From assembly GCA_015680685.1 (NCBI GenBank), contig MNCI01000673.1:246486-310485 (forward strand): 64,000 nt of DNA. Reading direction: 5' to 3'. The first letter of the stretch is position 1. The number at the start of each line of letters is the position of its first letter. Both the position numbers and the translations under genes were made by a program. Shown here piece after piece: positions 39,466 through 50,920 of the stretch. The stretch is from Gnetum montanum (Eukaryota; Plantae; Gnetophyta). Under the pieces are notes generated by a model. It made no database searches, was not told where the DNA came from, and worked only from the letters and a program-made list of their open reading frames with translations.

Positions 39466-42400
39466 TGATGAGCAACAAGTAGTCCCTACACCAAACCATA
39501 TGAACCACAAGCATTGCACTAGTGATTCAGTCTAATTTCATGGACTTAGCCCCTAAATGCACTAATGGGCAAAGATAGTGACTTAGAAACATGATCATTG
39601 TCTTCTTGGCTTCACTTGTGTAAGTTCAAGTATATGGTTAAGTGTAAGCTAAGGTACATGATTTTTATTTATACTTTATATTTAATTGTAGATCAACTAA
39701 TTAACTATATAATTCCTTAATCTTAACATAAGAATCTAGGCCCACCTTCTATGCACATCTTGAACTCATTATAAATGCTACTGGGTTACCAAGTGTTAGG
39801 CTACTAGACAAACCAAGTGGTAACACCACTGGGATTATCAAGAATTAACGATATGTTTGAGGCAATCATACTTATGTGTTATTATTATTAAATGCATTAA
39901 TTAACTAAGGGAATGAATATAAAATGCATAAGTAATAAAGTGCTTGAAAGGAAATATTAAACTATTCTTAAGTGCTGCAAAGAATTTCAAGAATATTATC
40001 TTTATTGCCATCACGTCAAAGTGTTTAGGTGCATTGATGCTTGAATAAGGATATGTACAATCCTTGAAGTCCTATTGTAGGCATTCAAAAAATATTCTAA
40101 CCATAGAGAAAGAAAACTATAAGAACTTGGCTACACTATCGACTTAATGTGTTATAAATGTGGTGGGTACATGCATTTATATAGGAAATACTAGATACTA
40201 TGTCAACATATCTACATTGATGCATCAAACTATGCATTTATGGGGCTATATTTAAGGGGCTGTGTTGACACATGCCTGTCGATGCAATCTATTGAATGAG
40301 TTATCATATCCACATGACAAAGCAAAAACTCATCCTCAAGTAAACAAAAGTAGGATCAAGTTTCATAAAAAATTGGGAAGGTATGGAATTATTAATTGAA
40401 ATACCTTAAATAACTACCTCTAAGTGTCAAATTATACAAAATTATAAAAAATGATAAAAATGGATGTTTTGGATAACAAAATTGGATGCCCTTACAAAAA
40501 TGACCAATAGGAACTCAAAGATGAAGTGAAGATCAAATAGTCTTTGGATGTGGAGGCTTCTGGGATGTTGAAGAATCTTCAAGAGGCTCTAGTGCATGTG
40601 ATGATGGTGGTTGAGGTTAAGGCTAAGGTTTTTAGTGGAAGATAGAAAGTATCTAGTAATTCTTTCATATTCTCCTCCTTACTCCATGGGTTCTACGTAG
40701 TCCATGCGACTTCACCAATATGGGTTGGTACAAGGATGTCCCACAGACATAACATTGTAGGGAATAGCTACTTGACATTGACAAACCATGCTATGAATTA
40801 TTTATATTCAATAGTGAATGTCTTTACAAAGTTCTATAGCTCATGGTAGTCATTCATTCTTCTAGCTAGGTTCTTAGCAATCGATCATTGATATGTAAAT
40901 TAGCTTCTAAGAACTTCAAGATTAGCATTGGCTATTTCTAGCTTCTCCTCGGTATTAATGTGGTGCTTGAACTTGGTCTCATAGAGTAGGGATGAGCTAG
41001 GCACTTGCTTCTTTAATTTAGACCTTGGCCTACTAGCTATCAGCATTACCAAGTTTGCATAATGAAGGTTGGAAAGCTCCATATATTCTATTAGACCCTC
41101 GATCTACAACCCCTTTAGATGGATCTTTGTTTTGTTGTAGGAATTTAGACCATCAAATATTTATTTTCATACATCATCTCTATGTTGGAGTTACTGGAGT
41201 GCCTTGTTCATCTTTGCCTTGTTTAGTTGAATCTCCTTTTCATTTATCTCCTTGAGGAGTCCTACCTAGTCCTTGTAATGATTCTTAACTCTTTCAAATT
41301 TTATGGGCTTATTTTTCTAAGCAGCTATCTTGATGGCTATTTTATAGTGAAGCACATGGAATTCTTCCATTAATAGATTTTTATTCTTCGCTGTCAACCT
41401 CCTTAGGTCCATGTTCACCTTAGCGAGTTGCTCCTACTACTATTGCATAAATTTGACCATTTGGTCCTCTTACTCCTCTACATTATGTATGTGATAAATA
41501 TCTTTGGTTAGGACCAAGTTCTTACGATGGACTTGCACTAAGTCGTTATCAGTGTTAAGGGAAAGAGCCTCTAATAAGGACATGTTGAAGACCATAATCT
41601 CTTTGGCATTCTTAACCTCTTTAACTTGGTTCTGAAGCTACAAAAAAGTTTCATCCCATGTGATAGCTTGGCTGAGAATGATGGAATTAGATAGCTAGGC
41701 TCTTAATTCTACAACCTCGATAGCTAATTAATGAATTTTAGTAGTGGTTGTCTCAAGTTGGCCATTTTTGATGATGAACTTACCCTTAGTTTCTAGTAGC
41801 TCAAACTAGGTTGCAGTGATTTATTTTGTGAGATTAAAGATCTTCAAGAGTGATTTCCCAATTCCCACAAGTTGGCCCAATATTTTATTATGTTGGGTTG
41901 TGCTAAGCCTCCTACTCCCTACTTCTACTAAAGCCTACACATCCTTAAGTGTAGCAATATATGACATGCTGTTCATCTTGCTATTCATATCCATCATGAT
42001 CTCTATTACTCTTTTCATGGTCCTAGCCTATGCTTCTCGTATTAGAGTTGGAGGAGGAAGATAATGAGGATGATGATGAACATGAAGAGGAAGGAGAATC
42101 AACACTAGAATGACACCTATTGCTTCTTCTTTAGTCCCTACCCCACACACCATCTTTATCTTTCTTCTAGTGCTTGTCATTATTCTTACCTTTGGATGAT
42201 CAGTTATGGATTCTGTACTTTGAGGCTTCTTAGTCTTAAGACCCATTCCTCCCATCACTAAGGTTGTCCACAGTTGATTACAACCATTGGTTAAGGATTT
42301 CCCATCAAAGAAAGGGGGAGAATCAATGTATTGGGACTACCCTAAAAATAATTCCTTATCATCTTTGTGTGGTTGAAAGAATAGGTAGGTAGGAAACCTT

Positions 42401-43783
42401 TTGCCCTTTGTAGCCTCATATCAAGATTTCATTTGCCTATCTTTCTTCCATTGGATCTTTGTGGAATGATAATCCTAATAGAGGTGATCTTGTACCTCAT
42501 ACTCAACACTAAGTTTAGCGATGTTCAACTTGATCAGATTGTTTAGCAGCATCATAGGAATAGATTGGTTGGAAGGCAACATGATATTGCCTTCCATGTT
42601 CCTCCATCATAGTTACTCATCTTGATGTAAGTGAAGGTGAAATATAGAGTTTAAGGATTCAGATGGGTGTAAAAAACTTGGAATTTCTAGGGAACTTGGA
42701 TTTTTGGGCCTTCTTACCTTTGGTTGGATCCATTGATGAGTGGCTGTGGAGATTCTTTCTTGAAAGAAGAAGCCATATTAATGATTGTTCAAAGATAGTG
42801 TATGTTTGTTATTATTATGTTCTTGATGATTTAGTATTAATTATTCTTTACAATGCCTTTAGATGATTTCACTATCTTTCCTATGTAGCACACTTAGGCA
42901 AACTAAGTTCCCAACAATAGCACCAATGATTAGTAGAAAGTATTCCCTACACCCAACCATATAAATCACAAGCATTGTACTAGTGATTTGGTAAAATTTC
43001 ATGGGCTTAGCCCCTAAATGCACTGATGGGCAAAGATAGTAACTTAGAAACATGATTGTTGTCATCATGGCTTCAGTTGTGTAAGTTCAAGTATATGGTT
43101 AAGTATAAGCCAAGGTACATGATATTTATTTTTATTTTATATTTTATTTGATTTAATCTAAGTGTAAAACAAAGGTAATTAATTGTAAACTAATTAATTG
43201 ACTATATAATGTCTTAATCTAACTATCCTAACATAAGCATCTGGGTCCACCTTCTGTGCACATCCTGAACTCATTATAAACACTACTGGATTACCAAGTA
43301 TTAGGCTACTAGGCAAATGAAGCAATAACACCAGTAGGATTACAAAGTGTTAACGATGTGTTCAAGGTGGTTGTACTTATGTGTTATTATTATTAAAGGT
43401 ATTAATTAACTAAGAACATGAATATAAAATGCATAAGTAATAAAGTACATGAAAGAAAATATTAATATATTCTTAAGTGCTATAAGAAATTCCAAGAATC
43501 TCATCTTTATTACTGTCACATCAAAGTGTTTAAGTACATTGATTCTTTAATAAGAATCCGTATAATTCTTGAAGTCCTATTTTGGGAACTTAGAAAATAT
43601 TCTAACTCTGGCAAAAGAAAATTGTAAGAACTTGGCTACACTATTAACTTAACATGCCATAAATGTAGTGGGTATATGCATTTATCTAGGTAAGACTAGA
43701 CATTATGTCAATGCATCAAACCATGTGTTGATAGGGCTACATCAACGTATGCTTGTTGATGCAACCTATTGAATGATTCATCA
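39466..43783 (-). mobile_element. Element C: complete gag-less, pol-less Athila-like LTR element inserted in D gag
   Basis: LTRs 39466-40306 and 42927-43783; exact TSD AATAG (39461-39465 / 43784-43788); PBS remnant 42908-42925 (reverse complement TGGTGCTATTGTTGGGAA); PPT remnant after 40306; LTR blocks homologous to A/B. Confidence 0.9.
40500..42630 (-). pseudogene. Degenerate ORF of unknown function (basic/acidic low-complexity plus long coiled-coil-like region) in C
   Basis: Minus-strand frames give E/K/L-rich heptad-like stretches (e.g. TEEKLEIANANLEVLRS) broken by stops; no gag or pol motif seen. Confidence 0.5.
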
Positions 43784-44284
43784 AATAGGATTCTCTTTCA
43801 TTAGACTTCTTGACTAATGGATTCCTACACTCCCATAGCTGGATTATCCTTCCTCTTAATCTTCTTCATCTTCATCTAGTTGTAAAAATTCTTCATTTGA
43901 ACTTACATGCTCTTTATCTCCATGTGTCTAGATATTGCTAGGACTGACATTTCTATCTCCCTTTGTGTTGATTTTATCCAACCAAGAAACCTTCATTTGG
44001 AAGATATGCTTCATGCTCTCCATGTCTCTATTTAGTGCTTACACTCGTTGCTTCTTGAATGTAGTATGAAATTAACAAAATCCTCAACCAATTCTAAGAA
44101 ACAATAAATATAAAGCTCTAAAGCTCCAAAGATTTGATACCAATAACTTCAAGTAGGTTCACTCTAATAGTTAATCACTTCCAAATACTAGATCTGAATA
44201 TTATGTAAAGATAATAAATTTGCTAGAAAATAAGAAAACAAGCTATCTTCCATTATTCAATTTGAAGATTACAAGGGAGTTTTC

Positions 44285-47200
44285 TATGGATCGTTGAACT
44301 TAGAAGGAGGGGCAGGGATGAATAAGTCCTCCAAATTAAAACTTAAACAAACAAAGAACATACACCATATTTAACATGGTTCCCCAACTTGGGTAGTCTA
44401 CACTCATAGGGTAGATCGCAAGCATACCTCCAAACTTTGTTGCTCTCAAAATGTAGTCGAAGGGTCCATAACGTATATAGTATTCAAGCCCCACTCAAGA
44501 GTGTTGTATCATAGCACTAATTACTTAACCCTACAAGGTTCCATCAAGCTTGAAAATATGGTTTAAAGGCTTTGACAACCTTTACAATCTTGAGCTTCAC
44601 ATTGAAGTGTTATACTGTAGCACCAAAAACTCAATCTTGCGAGATCTTGACAAGCTCAAGCACATCAACCCTGCATGGCAACAAGAACAAGAATTACAAG
44701 GGATAATTGCAACTCACTTTGATGGTCCTTGTACAGTTAGGTATAACACACTTTACAATACCAAAATGATAATACAATGAGAAGCAATAAAGAATTTAAT
44801 GGTTATAAATGATTATACAATGAATATAATAAGGCTTCCACATTTTCCAATGCACATCAAGTTTTCTTATAGCTACTATGTTTCTAAATCTATCTTGAAA
44901 CTCATGCAATGGCTAGCCAGTGGTCACTAACGGTCATGAAGGATGTCTTACTCATGCCTGAGACGTCTCTCTGAAATTGTCTTCCATTCTGGGAAGACAT
45001 CTTTGTTTAGTGAAAGACATCTTTATGAAATCTTCATTTCAAAAGACATCTTTGTCATATGAAAGGCATATTTTTGAGCTTGGTTTACATTCTGTAAAGA
45101 CATATTTTCCTTGTTAAAGATGTATTTGTTTAACAAAAGATGTCTACTATTTCTCAAAGATGTCTTTGTTTGAAATCACTTCAATTCTACCAAGATGTCT
45201 ACTATTTCTAAAAGAGTTCTTTCTTCATCTTCCTTTGCATGATGAATCCTTTGTTTCTTGACCATAGCCTCACTCAATTTTTTCTTGCAAGCACAACAAT
45301 CACATACATGGAAATAAACATATCTTCCATTTTTCTTAATGTTTTGACATACCAAAACCAAAAGGTCCATAATCTCCTCCTTTTGACATACCAAAACCAA
45401 AAGGTCCACAATCTAACAAAGCTTCACAAGCTTGAAATAATCTAACAAAGCTTGTTATCTATGAAGTGGCAGATTAAGAGAATGCTTAGAAACAATAGTA
45501 GCAGTTCTTGTGGCTTCAAACCTTTGCTGAGACACTGCACTTTGAAACTGGGATGTGTACGAAGGTGATGCATTGCTAGAAGTTCCACATGCACATTTTT
45601 GGGGTGGATTTTTGGATGTATCAATCTTCTTATGGGCCATCTCTACTAGAATAATTATGAATGGTGGAGCCCTAGTCATCTTTGTGGGATCTCTGTGAAG
45701 GAATATGGCAAAAATGAAGGTTTTATCTTTTATAGCCATGGGAAAATTTGGGCTTTGAATGAAAAAAGAGATGTATTTTTCAATAGAAAGACATCATTTT
45801 CACTTGTTAAAAATATAGTAGATGTCTTTCTTATAACTAATTGAAAAATTAAAGAGACATCTTTCACTTTTGAAAGACATATTTCATCAAAAATTAGGGA
45901 GATGTTTTGGAAGGGTGCCATTGGTCTATAGTCTTTATGAAATCTTGAAAACAAAAAGAAAAACTTACCTTTACCTACCTATCATGTTGTCGAAAGGTGA
46001 TGGAGTTCAAAGAGCTAGAGAATGTTTTTCATCTTTTGAGAAATCTCCTTTGAATTGGACTTCCCCAATGTCCAAGGCATGACTTCCTCTTATAAATTTT
46101 TTTGGTGAAAGTGCCTTGATGCCTTTGGTTATATCATTTAATTCTCCATTCCTTTTTGACAACCTTTATCCTTTAAGTTGATTTCCAATCTTCTTTGTGA
46201 TCCTACATAAAACCCTTTCTTGATGCGCTTTGATAAAACCAAGGAGTCCTGTGATATGCCGATGTACTCATATGATAAAACTTTAGGTTTCACTCTCATT
46301 GTTTATTCCCAATCTATTACAATAATAACATCTAATTCTCATATTGAAAAAATTACTAGAATGACCAAACCTTTGAGGATTTTTTTATTGGATAGGAGCT
46401 TCCATTAATGTAGTGTCCTTATTTCTTGAAAGTTCCTTTAGATGGAGTGAAGGTTGTGTAGGTTTCTTTTCTTGGTGGCAACATCCAAGTCTAGTTTTGT
46501 CTTGTGGACTTATTCCTTGTTCAAGAACCATTCAAATAGACTCTTTTTCTTTAGTTAGTCTTTCATTCACTAACTTAACTTCTGCTCACCTGATTTGGTT
46601 ATTGCTTCATTTTTAGCCTTAAGATCTAAGAATTATCTATTAAGATTAGAAATAGTTAAGTTTAATGAGGTTATTTTTTGATCTTGAGACTTGACTTTTT
46701 TATTAAACTTAGTGCAAATATTTTGAACATTTAAAAGTTATTTACATAATAAATCAAACCTATCATTGCCATTAAGTTCATCGTTTGATGAATCACCATT
46801 AGTAACAGTCATGTAGCTAAGATGAGAATTTCTGGCATCTTTCTCTACTTCTTCTTCACTTTGCTTGCCATCATCCCAACTTGTATAGAAGTTGGTTTTT
46901 GTAACTTCTTCAATGGATTTATTCTTGAATTTTATCCTGAAACTACTAGGGCATTTCAGAGCCATATGGCCTCTACCACCATACATCCAACATTCTATAG
47001 AAGAGAAATCTAAATTGGAATTTAAAAAATTCTTAACTCTTTTTCTAACTTTGGACTAATTGAATCTTTATTGATGTGTTCCTTTGTTCCTTCTAGTGAT
47101 TAGTTTTTGTAACTTTATTATGAGAAAGACAATCTCATCTTCATTTCCCTCATCATTCTCATTGAGCTCATTCTTCTTTAAGGCAGTCTTCAAGGCAATA

Positions 47201-48300
47201 GATCTTTCTTGAATAGCTCCTTCATTTACAAGATTTAGTTCATAGGTGATGAGAGCACTTTGAAGTTCCTTGAATTTAGAGTTGAGAAATCTCTGATTTC
47301 CTCCATGGCTATGACCTTAGGTCTAAAATCCAGTTGAAGAGTTCTAATTATTTTGATAATGACATTACTTTTAGGTAGATCTTTTCTTGTTCCTCTGATT
47401 GCTACAACAAGATCATTAGCTCTAGAACAATAATCCTTGATTTTCTCACCTTCTCTCATTTTTAATTTATTGTATTCACTTTGTAAAACTAAAAATTTCA
47501 ATTGCTTAACAATAGAGGTTCCTTCATAAGTAGCTTCTAGAGTTTGGAAAATTTTTGTGGCCATTTTATGTCTTGCTACTCTATTGAATTCATATTTATT
47601 CAATGCACAATATAAATAATTTTTTGCTTTTTAATCAAACATGAACTTATCCTTTTCTTCCTGAGACCATTTGTTGTGGTGCTTGATGATTCTAGTGGTG
47701 CCATCGATAGGTGGAGCATAGCATTCCAAGATTGACTCCCATACTTCAAACTCCATAAACTCAAAGAATCCTTGCATTCTAGCTTTCTAGTAAGTGAAGT
47801 AAAATGCATTGAACATGGATGGCTTTGAGGAGGACATCCCCTCCATTGTTCACTCTTGAAGCTAATGATGAAACAAAGAGTACTATGTTCCAATACCACT
47901 TATGGATCATTAAACTTAGAAGTGGGAAGGGAGGAAGGTGGGGGCNTCCACATCCTATATAGTCTTCAAGCCCTACTCTAGAATGTTGTACTACAAACCG
48001 ATTACTCATTCCTAAAAGGTCATGTAGGCTTGGAAATTTGGTTTTAAGGCTTCCACAACCTATACAATCTTGAGCTTTGCACTAGAGTATTGTACCACAT
48101 CACCAACAGCTCAATCCCATAGGATCTTAACAAGCTCAAGTTCATCAACCTTGTAGGGCAACAAGAACAAGAATTACAAGGGATAATTGCAACTCAGGTT
48201 GCTGATACTTGTATAATTAGGTACAAAATATTTTACAATGCCAAGATGATAATACAATGAGGAGGAACAGAGAATTCAATGATTACAAATGATTATACAA
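44285..48300 (-). mobile_element. Element F: gag-only SIRE-like copia element inserted in the D 5' LTR; its 5' LTR is truncated by a deletion
   Basis: LTR homology between 44285-45371 and 47901-48300; PBS remnant (reverse complement TGGTATTGGAAC, 47887-47898); PPT (reverse complement AAAAGGAGGAGAT, 45372-45384). Confidence 0.82.
46738..47846 (-). pseudogene. Element F copia gag (UBN2/Retrotran_gag_2) with knuckle remnant
   Basis: MEGMSSSKPSMF..; EFNRVA..IFQTLEATYEGTSIVKQLK..LKMREGEKIKDY..KIIRTL..FRPKVIAMEE; GGRGHMALKC. Confidence 0.88.
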
Positions 48301-48380
48301 TTGTCTCCACAGAGATTAAAATATATAAAACACATATGTAGGGAAGAACAAAGGGGACAGGAAGAGGTGTTTCTACACCA

Positions 48381-50920
48381 AAGATTGCACTTTGGTTATT
48401 TCAAGAGATGTTTAATTTCTTTTTCTCTTGTCTAAAGTATTTGACTAATCATTGTATCTAAATTGCTTCTTTGCTTGCTTGACAAGCTGCTACATACTTT
48501 GCCTCTATTGTCAATAATGCAACACAACTTTATCTTTTGTTGATGCAGCTAACTAGTCTTTTGTTTATTTTAAAAGTATATCCACTTATAGATTTTGGGT
48601 GATCTAGATCATCTTTCCAATATTCATTCATAAATCCATGTAATTGAAAGGAACTTTTCTTATAATAGATGATAAAATTAACAATATCTAGAAGATACCT
48701 AAGAATTTTTTAAGAGCCATCCAATGTTTCTTATTAGTATTGGACATAAAGCTACTTATAGCTCTTATTTCATATGCAATATTAGGCCTAGTAGAGACCA
48801 TTACATACATGAGGCTACCTATAACATTAGCATAAGAGAATTTTCTCATTTCCTTAATTTCTTCATCTAGTTAAGAGCATTGCTTCATTAGTTATTTCAT
48901 GTACACAGATAATGGATTATTTACTAGCTTAAAATATTTCATATTAAAATTTTCTAAAACTATATTAATATATGCAGATTGACCAAGCCATAAATTTTGA
49001 CCTTTCCTATCTCTTTTAATTTCCATGTCCAAGATTTTATTTGTAACACCAAGAACCTTCATCTCAAATTGAGATCATAACTAGCATTTTAGCTTAGTGG
49101 TTTCTTGCATACGGTTCCCTACTATCAATAATCATCAACAAATAATAGTATTATCAATCATGTTTGTAAATTTTCCTTAGATAAATAAAAGGGTTATTAT
49201 CATGTAAGAATTAAATTTCTTATATCAAATTTCTTTAGATAAAAAAATACAACCCCAACATCCATCTATTCAAGTTCAAGATCTAAAGTTTCCATAAAAG
49301 ACATTAAATATCTTATAAATGTTAACTTTATCATTATGCAAAAACTTCTTCATAGTTAATACTCTTACTTTGAGATTATCCTTTTGCTACAAGACTTGTG
49401 TTATATTTTCCTCTTCTTTTACCTTAAAAAGTCATATACAATGAATAGTTTTTCTTCTAGGAGAAATTTCAATAAGATACCATGTCCCATTTTTATTAGT
49501 CATTTCATTTCCTCTTTCAAATCATTTCTTTAAGATTTACTAAATTTTGAACTATAAGCTTCTTTATAGGTTTAAGGAGCATCACTAATACATAAAGCAT
49601 GTGAATCTAAATACTTAGGTATTCATATTACTTGAGTTAACCTTTTTAATGGCTAATCTTCTTCTTAAATAATTTCAATGGAGTTTTCTCCCACATGTCC
49701 AAGTCTTCTATGCCATAGATTCATAATGAAGTTATATTTATAAGAATGAAGGAATTTAGCTTTATTAGTCACTGTAGCATCATACAATTGGTAGTGTCTC
49801 CCATTTCCTTCTCTATGTCCTAGGGATATGATGGTTTTTCCCTAAAAAATTCTATATCTCTTATTTCCAAATAATACAAGTAGATGAAAATCATTAAAAT
49901 AAGTCATAGATAATAATTTTTTGATGAGCTCAAGGATATGATATACCTTGGAAATTATAATTATTCTACCATTAGAGGACAATGTTTCCTTATCATAGTC
50001 CTTAATAGTATATGCTTCATCATTTCCAAGAAAAAGAAGAGTAGACATAGCCTCATGGTATTCATAAACCCATTATTTTCTAGGTGTAAAGCTATATTAA
50101 GTACCTAAATAAATATAATGGTAATAAAAATTATAGTTTCCTATAGCTGTGATTACACACAAGTCTAGTATTTCTTCATCAACATTTTTCTTAGAAGAAT
50201 TAGATCTAGAATTTTTCTTCTTTCTCTTCAAAAATTTATAATTATTCTTCAAGTGGCCATGCTTCCTATAGTTCCAAAACTTTGGTGTTCTCTTGGAAGA
50301 ATCATCAGCAACTTTCTTGAATTTAGAAGTATTCTTACTAAAGGATTTACTTGATTGTTCTTTTCTTGGTCCTTTAATTACCAATCTTCAGTAGGTGTAG
50401 GCTTAGAGTACTTTCTTTGGTGTTCTTTAGTTATCATCTCCCTAAAACTTCATCAAAATTTTAAAAGGTACTTGTATTGTTAATATTCTGAATAATATTC
50501 TTTCATGAATCAAAAAGTAATTGTAACAAGGTAACACATTAATCTTCTTCATACATATTACTATTAATTAACTGTAATTTTCTCACAATGGTATTAAAAT
50601 CAATAAGATGATATGCAATATTATTATTTTTAGATATATTTGATGAAAGTAATTACCTTTCAAGATGCAATTTATTTGAGGAAGAACTAGATTGATATAT
50701 CTTACCCAAAACATCCTACAATACCTTTGCAGTCTCTTTATCTTGTAAATTTATAAGTACATGATTAGAAATATATTTATAAATTATCCCTAAAGCTAGA
50801 TGATATAACTAATGCTAGTATTTAGCTTTCATGCTTTCTAGTTTAAGCTTTCAAAGTTTGTAGTTACTATGATTGAACTTTTCTATTTCTTCAATGTACT
50901 TAGCACCACTTACCATCTTA
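48381..50920 (-). pseudogene. Element E gag-PR-(INT deleted)-RT-RNaseH, degenerate
   Basis: KHGHLKNNY knuckle remnant, VYHILELIKKLLS, LWHRRLGH, KNGTWYL..LVAKG, IGSLMYVMVSTRPNIA, VALLTIEAKYVAA. Confidence 0.88.

Larger units (their letters stand above)
35625..48380 (-). mobile_element. Element D: gag-protease-only (TR-GAG-like) Ty3 element, CRM-like, inserted in E RNase H
   Basis: 3' LTR 35625-36640 with PPT (reverse complement GAGTGGGAGAGT) at 36641-36652; 5' LTR split into 44149-44284 and 48301-48380; tRNA-Met PBS remnant 44131-44142; TSD AAGAC/AAGAT (4/5). Confidence 0.85.
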
